Assembly (NCBI GenBank): GCA_963807635.1
Contig: CAWEDJ010000105.1
Span: forward strand, 29,965 to 93,964
Reading direction: 5' to 3'
DNA length: 64,000 nt
Source: an uncultured cyanobacterium
GTDB taxonomy: Bacteria > Cyanobacteriota > Cyanobacteriia > Cyanobacteriales > Microcystaceae
The notes under the pieces are model-generated. The model was not told where the DNA came from, searched no databases, and was given only the letters and a program-made list of their open reading frames with translations. Of this stretch, positions 41,374 through 51,742 are shown one piece after another (within the stretch, counting starts at the first letter, position 1; each line of letters begins with the position of its first letter). Made by a program: the position numbers and the translations under genes.

Positions 41374-41543
41374 AGAATTGGGAAATAGGTACTAAATTGT
41401 ACTATTTTGATGATTTAGTAGAAGGGGACAAAGTTTCAACAAATTACTAGATTTTTGCTGACAACTTTTAAAAATCAATTATAACGTAAAGTTTCGTAAA
41501 CCGCTTTGGGTAATGGGACAATCAACCGTTGCTCAAGCGTTGC

Positions 41544-42281
41544 TCAAGAAGGAATATCAAAAAGCACCTGGGTCATATAACGCTCTGCCCAGTCATCTCC
41601 AAAGGCTTTTTCCAGAACTCGCCGAGTTTTATCATTTTGTTGTTGTTTGGTGCAGTAGTATTGTTGTCCTGCTAGGTGTTCTAACCGTTCTTGTTCCAAA
41701 AGTTTTGGGGATTGAATTGAAAATTGACAATGGACTCGCAAAAAATCGCTGACTCGATGGATAAAAGCGGTTTCTTCCTGGGCATCACTAGGACGGATGA
41801 ATAAGCAATATTCAGAGAAAATATCCCCCCATTCGGGTAATTCACGGGCTTGGGAAAAGTCAAAGGGAGTTAGTTCGGATAAAGCGTGACGATAGGATTC
41901 GGGTAAAATTCTCTCTGCATTGGTCGGTGATAAATCGGCGATCGCGGCACTGATGGCTCCCCGACCCGAAACAATATCACAACCAAACATGGGCAACCCG
42001 TATTCAGGATTGGGAAACATCACGCAATGGAGAATATCCAGATTACTCCCGACCTTTGCCAGTTCCAGGTGCATTTTACGAAACTGGGGGGTTTGATAGC
42101 AGCGATTTTCAATGATTAACTTTTCTCCTTCTAGCCGACCTTCGATATAACCCAAGTCTTCTGGTAATTCGTAAGGAGATAAATCCAGATATTCGTGCCA
42201 ATTGGCTAAGATGCGATCGGCTAATTGATGAATTAAAGGATGGAGTTGTTCGCGCAGATGGGGGGAAGAAGTTTCTAACAT
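41544..42281 (-). CDS. pcyA: Phycocyanobilin:ferredoxin oxidoreductase
   Basis: [36 protein letters not shown]. Confidence 0.95.
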   Translation of the reverse strand: MLETSSPHLREQLHPLIHQLADRILANWHEYLDLSPYELPEDLGYIEGRLEGEKLIIENRCYQTPQFRKMHLELAKVGSNLDILHCVMFPNPEYGLPMFGCDIVSGRGAISAAIADLSPTNAERILPESYRHALSELTPFDFSQARELPEWGDIFSEYCLFIRPSDAQEETAFIHRVSDFLRVHCQFSIQSPKLLEQERLEHLAGQQYYCTKQQQNDKTRRVLEKAFGDDWAERYMTQVLFDIPS

Positions 42282-42355
42282 AATCGGTTATTGGAGTAGA
42301 TGGGTCTTAAAAGTTATCAAATCCCTCTGTCCGACGGACACCCCTCTTATCAAGG

Positions 42356-42530
42356 CTACCGTGTACACACAAGTGTCTCTGTCTCAATTTTTAAGTTTTG
42401 ATCCCCCCTACCCCCCTTGATAAGGGGGCTAAATTCCTATCAGTAAGTAACAGTCCTCCTTTTTGAGGGGGATACCATAGGCAGGGGGATCAAATTTTTA
42501 AAGATATAAGGAGATGGGTGTACACAGTAG
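42356..42530. mobile_element. 175-bp MITE with IS4-family (IS50-like) ends, copy 2, with perfect 10-bp target duplication
   Basis: CTACCGTGTACACACAAGT ... GTGTACACAGTAG flanked on both sides by CTTATCAAGG (42346-42355 and 42531-42540). Confidence 0.88.
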
Positions 42531-42638
42531 CTTATCAAGGAAGACAGGGGGGATCGAGCGTAAAACGTATTGTCGGTTTAATATATTGTTTTGGGTCGCC
42601 ACTCAGGATTAAATTTATAATTTTTAACCCAAGCCGAG

Positions 42639-43386
42639 CTAACCAATATTCGCCGATGTATTTTCTAGCTGAATACCTTCTTCTTCCTCCTGCAACTCTA
42701 GGCAATAACCCGCCCCATAAACTGTTTTGATATAGCGGGGACGACGGGGTTCGGGTTCTAATTTTGTCCTGAGATGGCGGATATGTACCCGTATTGTTTC
42801 AATATCATCATCGGGTTCGTAGCCCCAGACCTCTTTTAAAATGGCACTGGGAGAAACCGTTTGCCCATGACGCTGTAAAAGACAATGTAATAATTCAAAT
42901 TCTAAATGGGTTAATTTAATCTTTTTACTAAACCAAATGACTTCAAATCTTTCAGGAATGAGGGTAAGCGGGCCTTGACTAAGAATTTCTGAATGTTTAA
43001 GCGGCCTGGGGAATGCGGTCTGTCCGCCGCAACAAAGCCCTAACCCTCAATAACATTTCTTCCACATCAAAGGGTTTGGTTAAATAATCGTCTGCTCCTG
43101 CATTAAACCCTTCCACCTTATCTTGAATTTGACCGAGGGCAGTCAGCATCAGTACGGGAATGTCGGCAGTTCTAGCATCTCGACGCAAGCGTTGGCAGAC
43201 GGTAAATCCATCCACCTTGGGAAGCATCAGATCCAACATGATTAGGTCGGGGGGGGATTGGAGGGCGAGAGCTTGGCCTTTAATTCCGTCTTCTGCTTGA
43301 TTTACGTCATAACCAGCCATTTCCAAGTTAATGGACACAAGTTCAGAGATTGTCGGGTCGTCGTCAATTACGAGTATTCGGGGCAT
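42639..43386 (-). CDS. rpaA: OmpR-family response regulator RpaA (apparent frameshift near 42998)
   Basis: [10 protein letters not shown]...[10 protein letters not shown] / KHSEIL...[22 protein letters not shown]...[25 protein letters not shown]...[10 protein letters not shown]. Confidence 0.92.
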
Positions 43387-43682
43387 TGCTAAAGAGAAAT
43401 AGTTGTTTGGGATTGCGAGATATTACTGAAAATATGACTCAAAAAATTTCTTATGATTATAGGATCATCTCAGCTTTTGGACGCGATCGCCTAATTTTTT
43501 ACTGAAAAAAATCAAACCCCAGTAATTAACTGAAATTTTCAATCGAGCGATCGCAGATTTGCGGATTATTTTCCCTGATCTACTTTACCGAAAAGGATAC
43601 CCTTGGGGGAGTGGAGAGCATAAAAAAATCACAATGTAGCTAATTTTACAACACTCAAGTGGGGAGAATCATCTATGATAAA

Positions 43683-43730
43683 TAACCATATCTGGCGTAA
43701 TCCCCAATCCTCTAACACCATATCTATGGT
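43683..43730 (+). promoter_or_regulatory. Tandem NrdR boxes upstream of nrdA
   Basis: TAACCATATCTGGCGT (43683) and ACACCATATCTATGGT (43715), 32 bp apart, resemble the acaCwAtATaTwGtgt consensus. Confidence 0.7.
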
Positions 43731-43785
43731 ATAGTCAGGAATAACGCTACTTTTTGACCGAAAAACCAATCGATTTTTTTGAACT

Positions 43786-46095
43786 ATGCAACCGACGTTA
43801 GCCGCGACCCTTTCCCCTCAAACCGTCCCAACATCGCCCCTTTCTAGCTCAGGATTAGCAACCACCAATGCCCACCATCGAATTCAAGTGATTCGTCGCG
43901 ATGGCACTTCAACGGCATTAAACATTAGTAAAATTCGGGCAGTAGTCGATTGGGCCTGTGCCAAACTGAATGCAAACTCGATCGCCCTAGAGGCAGGTTT
44001 AACGACTCGTTTGCGGGATGGCATTAGTACCAGGGAAATTCAGGATAATTTGGTCAATTGCGCCCTAGAAATGTGTAGTCCCGAAGAACCCGATTGGCGT
44101 TATGTGGCGGGAAGACTCCATATCTGGGGTTTGTGGAAAGATATTTTGGTCAGTCGCGGCTATCAGTACGGGCAGTATGCAACAACGGTGAAGGAAAAAG
44201 TTGCATCGGGTCAATACGATGAACGGATGTCGCTCTATTCTGTCCAGCAATTAGAAGAAGCGGGAAATTGGATTAATTCAGACTGGGATACGGACTATGA
44301 CTACGCGGGAGTCGTTTTATTGACCAGTCGCTATCTATTGCCGAACGAGTTACCCCAGGAAGCGTTATTAACCTGTGCGTTACTCTTAGCATTGCCTGAA
44401 AGTCCTGAAAATCGCTTGGCTTGGGCAAAACGGTTTTATGAAGCGATCGCGTCCCGTAAGGTTTCTTTGGCTACACCGATTTTGGCAAATTTGCGGGTTC
44501 CCAAGGGTTCTCTCACCAGTTGTTTCATCGTTGCGCTTGACGACAATTTAGAAAGTATTTTCCGAGAAATCACCAATGCAGCCAGAATTTCTAAAAATGG
44601 GGGTGGTGTCGGGGCTAATGTCAGTCGCATTCGGGCCACAGGTAGCGTGGTTATGGGCAAACCCAATGCGTCAGGCGGTGTCATTCCCTGGATAAAATTG
44701 CTCAACGATACGGCGATCGCGGTGAATCAAGGAGGTCGTCGAGCGGGGGCTGTGACAGTTGGTTTAGATATTTGGCATTTGGATGTGCCTGAATTTCTGG
44801 AAATGCAGACCGAAAATGGGGATCAAAGACGGAAAGCCTACGACATTTTTCCCCAATTAATTCTGCCCGATGAATTCATGCGACGGGTCATCAATAAAGC
44901 TGAATGGACATTAGTTGATCCCTACGAAGTTCGGACGAATTTAGGGATTGAACTTGCCGAATTATGGGGGGAAGATTTTGAAAAAGCCTACGCATTAATT
45001 GAATCTAAATTGGGTCAAGAAATCACGCTTTATAAACAAGTGAATGCCCGTGAATTGTTTAAGGAAATGATGCGATCGCAGGTAGAAACGGGAATGCCCT
45101 ATCTCGCCTTTAAAGATACGATTAATCGCGCTAATCCTAATAAACACGCGGGTTATATTCCTGGCGTAAACCTTTGTACAGAGTCATTTTCCAATGTCAC
45201 GCCAGGCCAAGATGCCCACTGCTGTAATCTCGTTTCCCTCAATCTTGCTAATATTGAAACGGCTGAATTAGAAGATTGTTGTCAAATTTCTGTACGAATT
45301 TTAGATAATACGATTGAGTTAACCAGTCCTCCCTTTGAAGATGCGGCTAATCATAATAATAAATATCGGACGATCGGCGTGGGTGCGATGGGTCTAGCGG
45401 ATTGGCTCGCTAAAAATCGTTTTTCCTACGATCATCTCACTCAAATCAGTCATTTATTTGAAGATATTGGTTATTACTGTACCCAGGCTTCAATGGAATT
45501 AGCCAAGGAACGCGCTCCTTATAATGCTTTTGCGGGGAGTGATTGGAGTAAGGGGCTTTTGATCGGCTCAAAACCTGTTGAATGGTTCCAAGAAAATGCT
45601 GCTCAACCCGAACGCTGGCTTAAGCTTTCCGATGATATTCAGACCTACGGCATTCGCAACTCCCACATCACCGCGATCGCGCCTAATACGTCTTCCTCGT
45701 TGGTGCAGGGTTGTACTGCTAGTGTTTTACCCGTTTATAGTCGTTTCTTTTACGATAAATGGGCGAAAGGAACGGTTCCGATCGCGCCGCCGTTTATCAA
45801 TAATTGCTTCTGGTTCTATCCCGAAAATAAAAATCTCGATCAAAACAAAGTCGTGAAAGCGGTGGCAACGATTCAGCAATGGATTGATACAGGTATTTCG
45901 ATGGAGTTATTGTTTAATCTCAATCATGGGGTTTATTTTCCTGATCAACCCGATAAAGGTTTAACGGCTAAAGATATTTTTGATACCTTGGTTTTGTCTT
46001 GGAAAGAGGGATGTAAGGCGGTTTATTATGTCCGCACTGTCCAGAAGGATAATTTTAAGGAATCGGAAGCGGGTTGTTCGGCTTGTGCGAATTAG
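43786..46095 (+). CDS. nrdA: Class I ribonucleotide reductase alpha subunit with ATP cone
   Basis: VIRRDG ATP cone, TSCF, GGGVG, NLCTE, APNTSS, KAVYY, C-terminal CSAC. Confidence 0.95.
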   Translation: MQPTLAATLSPQTVPTSPLSSSGLATTNAHHRIQVIRRDGTSTALNISKIRAVVDWACAKLNANSIALEAGLTTRLRDGISTREIQDNLVNCALEMCSPEEPDWRYVAGRLHIWGLWKDILVSRGYQYGQYATTVKEKVASGQYDERMSLYSVQQLEEAGNWINSDWDTDYDYAGVVLLTSRYLLPNELPQEALLTCALLLALPESPENRLAWAKRFYEAIASRKVSLATPILANLRVPKGSLTSCFIVALDDNLESIFREITNAARISKNGGGVGANVSRIRATGSVVMGKPNASGGVIPWIKLLNDTAIAVNQGGRRAGAVTVGLDIWHLDVPEFLEMQTENGDQRRKAYDIFPQLILPDEFMRRVINKAEWTLVDPYEVRTNLGIELAELWGEDFEKAYALIESKLGQEITLYKQVNARELFKEMMRSQVETGMPYLAFKDTINRANPNKHAGYIPGVNLCTESFSNVTPGQDAHCCNLVSLNLANIETAELEDCCQISVRILDNTIELTSPPFEDAANHNNKYRTIGVGAMGLADWLAKNRFSYDHLTQISHLFEDIGYYCTQASMELAKERAPYNAFAGSDWSKGLLIGSKPVEWFQENAAQPERWLKLSDDIQTYGIRNSHITAIAPNTSSSLVQGCTASVLPVYSRFFYDKWAKGTVPIAPPFINNCFWFYPENKNLDQNKVVKAVATIQQWIDTGISMELLFNLNHGVYFPDQPDKGLTAKDIFDTLVLSWKEGCKAVYYVRTVQKDNFKESEAGCSACAN

Positions 46096-46236
46096 TTATT
46101 TTAAACGCGAATAATTCTGCACTTATTTTATTAGAGAAAAGTTTCTAACTTACTTGAGAGCAATATTAGTATTTTAGAAACTTATTCTATCTATTTTCTG
46201 AGTTTTTTGAAGATTTTGATTGCTTAAAGACGCTTT

Positions 46237-48309
46237 ATGAACAGTGATTTAGATAGTTGTATTTATATTCATGGCTTGGGTATTTCTTCTTATCGAAGCT
46301 TTCCTAAAGATATTCAACAGATATATCCTTTCAAAAAAATTAACCTTTTTATCGGTCGTAATAACTCAGGGAAGTCAAATATACTAAGTTTTTTATACAA
46401 ACATTACCTTTCAATATTTCGCGGGGAAGAGATAAAATTTGAGAATGTTGATTATTATAATTTTACACCTTTTCAGAAAAATGAGATAAAAACAGAATTT
46501 TATTTTTATGCTAAAAAAGATTGGAAAGAACAATTAATTAATGAACATAAATCTATTCCAAAAAAGAATAACAATAGCTTCAGATATATACTTGAAAATG
46601 AACCTAAAAATGAAATTTTACAGAAAGTTCTAGAATCGAATCAGTTATCTGAAAATGAAGATTCTTATTTTGAGCTAACCAATCGTCAATATTCGATAGG
46701 TAGTCATTTCGAGTTTAAAAATTTAGAAATTAATGATTTTGAGAAAATAATTTCTTCAGATAAGCAATTTACAACAGAATACTTAGAAGGGCTTCATTCT
46801 GATCTAAAGAAAAACAAATTAGAGGGATGGAAAAGTTTAACTAAAAACACTAAAAAAATTGAACTTCAATCGACTACAACTAATAACGATCCTTCTCATT
46901 TTAATAGCCAAGTTGACCAATATATAGAAAATAAGAAAATAGAAAATGATAATAAGATATCGTACTTAAAAGAAATTTTGGGTTATATTTGTGATTTTAT
47001 GTTAGATTATTCAGGCTATTTTGAAAGTTATTTCAAAGAAGATTTTGGAATAAGTCTTATTCCCGCAATTCGAGAAGTTGGTAATCAAGATACAATTTTT
47101 GATGAGAATGAATTTAACGGTCAAGGCTTAATTGATGGATTAGCACAACTACAGCATCCTGACCATTTTGAGCAAGAGAAAAAAGAGAAGTTTAAGAAAA
47201 TCAATCAATTCTTAAGAACTGTTACAGATAATGAATCAGCTAAAATAGAAATTCCTCATGATAAATCAAAAATATTAGTAGAAATGGATGGAAAAATTCT
47301 ACCACTACAATCTTTAGGGACAGGAATTCATGAAGTAATTATTCTGGCGGCGGCGGCAACAATTAAAGAAAATCAAGTGATTTGCATGGAAGAACCAGAA
47401 TTACATTTGCATCCACTTTTACAAAAAAAGCTAATTAGCTATCTTCAAGAAAAAACTAATAATCAATATTTTATTACAACTCATTCTGCTCATTTTTTAG
47501 ATACTCCTGACGTATCAATATTTCATGTTAATTATGAAAATGGTTGCTCCGTCGTCAACAAAGTCGAAACAGATAATCACAAAACTACAGTTTTATCTGA
47601 CTTAGGATACAAGCCCTCAGATTTATTACAAACCAATTGCGTGATTTGGGTAGAAGGGCCATCAGATCGTATTTATCTAAACTATTGGATTCAGTGTTTT
47701 GCACCAGAACTAAAAGAAAAAATTCATTACACAATTATGTTCTATGGCGGGGGTTTATTAAGTCATTTATCGGTATCTGATTCAGAAGATGAAAATGATT
47801 CTGGTTTAGAAGATTTAGAAGATGTAAACGATTTTATTTCCTTATTGAAAATTAGTCGTAACACAGTAGTTATGTGCGATAGCGATAAAAGTAATAAAAA
47901 TGACTCTTTAAAGCCAGCTATTGAAAGAATTAAATCAGAATTTGAAAATACTGAGTTTGAAGGTTTTCACTGGATTACGGATGGTCGAGAAGTTGAAAAT
48001 TATTTAAACCCTGATATTGTTGAAGAAATTATCAAGAAAAATCATCGTAATGTTGAAAAAATAAGTAGCAAAACTATATACAGTTACTTTTGGAAATATA
48101 AAAGTAGCAAAATCAAAAAGAATCCAACTGCTGACAAAGTAAGACTTGCTAGAAAACTCGTAGAATCTTATTCTCCAGCATCCGAAGAAAATTTTGAAAA
48201 GATAACTAATTCGGCTCTTGAGAACTCATTGAAAAAATGGATTGAAGGATTAATTAATTTTATCAAAAAGTCTAATGGGATACAATTAATTCATTGGGAT
48301 AGCTTGTAA
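46237..48309 (+). CDS. OLD-family ATP-dependent nuclease (ABC-type ATPase plus TOPRIM)
   Basis: GRNNSGKS Walker A, SLGTG signature, MEEPELHLHP Walker B/D-loop, ITTHS; TOPRIM WVEGPSD, CDSD, EVENY; AT-rich. Confidence 0.85.
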   Translation: MNSDLDSCIYIHGLGISSYRSFPKDIQQIYPFKKINLFIGRNNSGKSNILSFLYKHYLSIFRGEEIKFENVDYYNFTPFQKNEIKTEFYFYAKKDWKEQLINEHKSIPKKNNNSFRYILENEPKNEILQKVLESNQLSENEDSYFELTNRQYSIGSHFEFKNLEINDFEKIISSDKQFTTEYLEGLHSDLKKNKLEGWKSLTKNTKKIELQSTTTNNDPSHFNSQVDQYIENKKIENDNKISYLKEILGYICDFMLDYSGYFESYFKEDFGISLIPAIREVGNQDTIFDENEFNGQGLIDGLAQLQHPDHFEQEKKEKFKKINQFLRTVTDNESAKIEIPHDKSKILVEMDGKILPLQSLGTGIHEVIILAAAATIKENQVICMEEPELHLHPLLQKKLISYLQEKTNNQYFITTHSAHFLDTPDVSIFHVNYENGCSVVNKVETDNHKTTVLSDLGYKPSDLLQTNCVIWVEGPSDRIYLNYWIQCFAPELKEKIHYTIMFYGGGLLSHLSVSDSEDENDSGLEDLEDVNDFISLLKISRNTVVMCDSDKSNKNDSLKPAIERIKSEFENTEFEGFHWITDGREVENYLNPDIVEEIIKKNHRNVEKISSKTIYSYFWKYKSSKIKKNPTADKVRLARKLVESYSPASEENFEKITNSALENSLKKWIEGLINFIKKSNGIQLIHWDSL

Positions 48310-48379
48310 TTGTCTAAAATTTAATGTTAAATTAGAGAGGCAATAATTATCTATTCTCTTGTTATTTTATAACATTGAT

Positions 48380-49728
48380 ATGCTACTGACTGAACCTAAA
48401 ATATCTCAAAAAATGCCCGTTACCCCGATATTTAATCCAACGGGTGATGACTCAACAGAAAACCGTTCTATTTGGTTTGGTAATACCACCAACTTGATGC
48501 AACTCAATGATGTCCGTTATACCTGGGCAGTCGGTTTGTATCAACAAATGCGTGAAAATTTCTGGATTAAATAGGCAGTCCAGTTTAAATCCCTTGAAAA
48601 CGGTGAAAACCTGTCGTTTATTATCACAGACAATACCGTGCCAAGCTTGCCCAAAAGCGAGAAGGTGTAGAGACTATCAAAAAGCAGAATAATTCTGACT
48701 GAGTAGAGTAGGCAGTAAGCGATTGACTGTCGAAGCGGGGGACTCCTTTAAAACTTAAAAGGATGATGATATAGTCCGATCTATTTGGTGACAAGTAGCA
48801 GCTTGAATAAAGCGGGTTAGGTATAGCGAACCTAATTGAACATCAATGACCTCAACGATTAGATATTACCCAAGACGTTACCGATTATTGGAATTTAACC
48901 GATGATGAACGCTATGCTTTTGATGGAATTTTATCCTATTTAACTTTTTTAGATTCCGTTCAAACCTGTAACATTCCTCACATCAAAAATAGTATTACTG
49001 CTCCTGAAATTAGTCTCTGTATGGCAGAACAAATTTCCCAGGAAGGAATGCACAACCAAAGCTATCAATATATGATAGAAACCATTATTCCGCCAGAAAG
49101 AAGAACGGCGGTTTATGAATTTTGGCGTACCGATAGAGTATTAAAAGAACGCTGTGAATTTATCGCTGGACTCTATCAACAATATGTAGATAATCCAACT
49201 CAGGAAAATTATTTTATTGCTCTTATGGCAGATTTTCTTTTGGAAGGACTTTATTTTTATAATGGTTTTATCTATTTTTATAATCTAGGATCACGGATGT
49301 TGATGCCAGGGTCAGCCGATATTTTTAAAATGATTAATCGGGATGAATTAAGTCATGTTCGGTTGTATCAAAAATTGATTCCTGAAGCAATGAAAGTCTT
49401 TCCCCATTCGCGAGAGCAAATCTATGAAATGTTTGATACTGCCGTTGAATATGAATGTCGTTGGACAAATCATATCGTCGGGAATAATATTCTAGGAATT
49501 ACGGAACAGAGTACGGAACAATACACCAAATATTTAGCCAATATGCGTCTGCGTTCTATTGGTTTAGATCCTCTTTATCGGGAGTCTAAATTTGATAAGA
49601 GTCCCTATACCCATTTAGAACGTTTTTCTGATACTAAAAAAGAAGGCCATATTAAGGCGAATTTCTTTGAGGCAACGGTAACGAGTTATGTGATGTCTTC
49701 GGGAATTTCGGGATGGGATGAAATTTAA
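48380..49728 (+). CDS. nrdB: Class I ribonucleotide reductase beta subunit; exons 48380-48567 and 48849-49728
   Basis: Joined exons give ...MRENFWIPQRLDITQD...LTFLDSVQ...EGMHNQSY...EGLYFY...RDELSH...NFFE. Confidence 0.93.
48568..48848 (+). ncRNA. ORF-less group I intron (281 nt, IA2-like) in nrdB
   Basis: 5' exon CUGGAU pairs with intron GUCCAG (P1, U.G at the splice site); P3 UCCCUUG/CGGGGGA; P4 ACGGU/ACCGU; P7 GACUA (48672)/UAGUC (48772); terminal G48848; excision restores the frame. Confidence 0.92.
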
Positions 49729-49796
49729 GACTAAAAAGGCTAAAAATGCCAAAGTAGCGATCGCCCTTTAAACTTAAGTTTTTAGAAAGGCGATCG

Positions 49797-50891
49797 CTAT
49801 AGTAATAAAGTAGCGTTATTATCCACATTTTTAGTATTCGGTGGACGATTAAAAATACTAAATTGATAGAAAAAATAGCGGATTAGGGGAGGAAATTCAG
49901 GAAAATCAAAATGTCCATCTCCCCCCGCTACATCTGCCCAGAAATATTGGAGACTCGGAATATATTTTTCGGCTTCTATTTTAGATAAACTCAACGGTGG
50001 CAGAGTCAACAATTGGGACATAAAAAAAGCAGAGCGATCGCCGAGAAATTGTCGAGAAGTAATCGATAAATCTTCCCAACCAGGAACGGATTCAACGCGA
50101 TGGGATTGGACGGTTAATTTCAATTCTCCTGGGTTTTTGTACTCCCCTTCAATGATGCGGTAGGGATGGGGATAACTGACCAGGGAACCCGTTGTCATTT
50201 CATAGATTCCATCTTGGTAGGCTAAATCCTGGACGTGTAGATGTCCCGTAAAAATTAATTTAACACCATATTTTTTAAGAATTTTGAGTAAATCCTTGGA
50301 GTTTTCTAACATATACCTACGCCCCAATTCATGTTGGGATTGTTTGGGTAAATGTTCAATTACATTATGGTGAATCATGACAAAAACTTGCTTATCTTTC
50401 AGGGTAGGCAAAAGATTTTTTAGCCACTCTAATTGTTCTTCATCTAGGCGACCAATTTGCCTTCCTTTGTCATCAAACTGATTAGAATTTAAACCGATTA
50501 ACTGTAAACCTGGCATAATTTCCTGGGTGTAATACAGTTTTTCTGGATTGTCATAACCACAGTGACCGTAATAATCTGAAAAATTATCTAAGCCGACGTA
50601 GCGATCGCGGTTTTGAGGAAAAGGGACATCGTGATTGCCAGGCACAACATAGGCGGGGAAAGGCAGTTGCTTGAGGCGTTGCTGTAACCAATCATGATTT
50701 TCCGCTTCACCATCCTGGGTCAAATCTCCAGGAATTAATAAAAAATCCAGATCTAAACCTTCTAAACGTTCAATTGCTTGCTCAAAGGCGGGAATACTGA
50801 CTTCTACGAGATGGAAACGACTTGGCACATCGTCAATCGTTTGGGGGATGGCGATATGGGGATCGCTAATAATCGCAAAGCGAAACTGCAT
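49797..50891 (-). CDS. Calcineurin-like metallophosphoesterase
   Basis: SDPH, GDLT, PGNHD, HH, GHLH motifs. Confidence 0.88.
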   Translation of the reverse strand: MQFRFAIISDPHIAIPQTIDDVPSRFHLVEVSIPAFEQAIERLEGLDLDFLLIPGDLTQDGEAENHDWLQQRLKQLPFPAYVVPGNHDVPFPQNRDRYVGLDNFSDYYGHCGYDNPEKLYYTQEIMPGLQLIGLNSNQFDDKGRQIGRLDEEQLEWLKNLLPTLKDKQVFVMIHHNVIEHLPKQSQHELGRRYMLENSKDLLKILKKYGVKLIFTGHLHVQDLAYQDGIYEMTTGSLVSYPHPYRIIEGEYKNPGELKLTVQSHRVESVPGWEDLSITSRQFLGDRSAFFMSQLLTLPPLSLSKIEAEKYIPSLQYFWADVAGGDGHFDFPEFPPLIRYFFYQFSIFNRPPNTKNVDNNATLLL

Positions 50892-50942
50892 AATGAATAA
50901 TGGAAATAGGGCATATCTAAATATAAGCAGGAGAATCAAATT

Positions 50943-51584
50943 TTGGGCAGAGTTCGTGTTCGTCAGCACGTTAATCCCCTCAGTCAGAAGTATAGTTCGG
51001 TCATTGAGGCTCCCGATTGGGCAGAGGTTTACCGCAATCCTCAGCAGCCGTTACATCTGGATATTGGTTGTGCGCGGGGTAAATTTCTGCTGCAAATCGC
51101 CCAAATTCAGCCTGATATTAATTTTTTAGGGGTTGAAATTCGGGAAGCCCTGGTAATAGAAGCTAACGAAATTCGCGATCGCCTGGAATTGAACAACTTG
51201 CATTTTCTCTTCGGTAATATGAATACTTCAGCTTTAAGTTTATTAAGCTCTTTTAATCAGCCAATTGCAACCGTTTCCATTCAATTTCCCGATCCCTGGT
51301 TTAAGCAACGTCATAGTAAACGTCGCGTCGTCCAACCCGAATTAGTCCAAGCGATCGCCCAATTTTTGGCTCCCGATGGTAGGGTATTTCTCCAATCCGA
51401 TGTGGAAAGTGTGGCAATGGAAATGCGTGATCGCTTTGCTGAAAATCCCCATTTTAAACAAACCCATCCAGAAACTTGGTTAGCGGAAAATCCCCTACCT
51501 GTGCCAACGGAAAGAGAAACCGCTTGTTTTAATCTAAATCGTCCCGTTTATCGAGTTTTATTTGAAAAAAGCAATTTACTGTAG
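50943..51584 (+). CDS. trmB: tRNA (guanine-N7)-methyltransferase
   Basis: RVRQHVNP, DIGCARG, QFPDPWFKQRH, PTERE. Confidence 0.95.
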   Translation: MGRVRVRQHVNPLSQKYSSVIEAPDWAEVYRNPQQPLHLDIGCARGKFLLQIAQIQPDINFLGVEIREALVIEANEIRDRLELNNLHFLFGNMNTSALSLLSSFNQPIATVSIQFPDPWFKQRHSKRRVVQPELVQAIAQFLAPDGRVFLQSDVESVAMEMRDRFAENPHFKQTHPETWLAENPLPVPTERETACFNLNRPVYRVLFEKSNLL

Positions 51585-51598
51585 GGGCGAATGGCGTT

Positions 51599-51700
51599 CG
51601 CCCTTTGATTGATCACTTAATTGCGATCGCCCTTTGATTAATCAGTTAATCGCGATCGCCCTTTGATTGATCAGTTAATTGTGATCGCCCTTTGGTTAAT
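51599..51700. repeat. 29-bp tandem repeat (about 3.5 units) with HIP1-like junctions
   Basis: cgccctttgattgatcagttaattgcgat units start at 51599, 51628, 51657 and 51686. Confidence 0.9.
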
Positions 51701-51742
51701 AATTTGGTTAATAATAGAAAATTAAAAACATAGAGATTAAAA

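Noticed and set aside
42639..43386. Truncated receiver-only rpaA or programmed frameshift
   Set aside because: The DNA-binding domain is intact in the next frame after one extra T, matching the window-wide indel error pattern.
48359..49020. nrdB pseudogene or intein
   Set aside because: The interruption has group I intron structure and contains in-frame stops, so it is not an intein, and splicing restores a full ORF.
51599..51700. Possible CRISPR array (29-bp repeats)
   Set aside because: Units are directly adjacent with no unique spacers, and there are no cas genes in the window.
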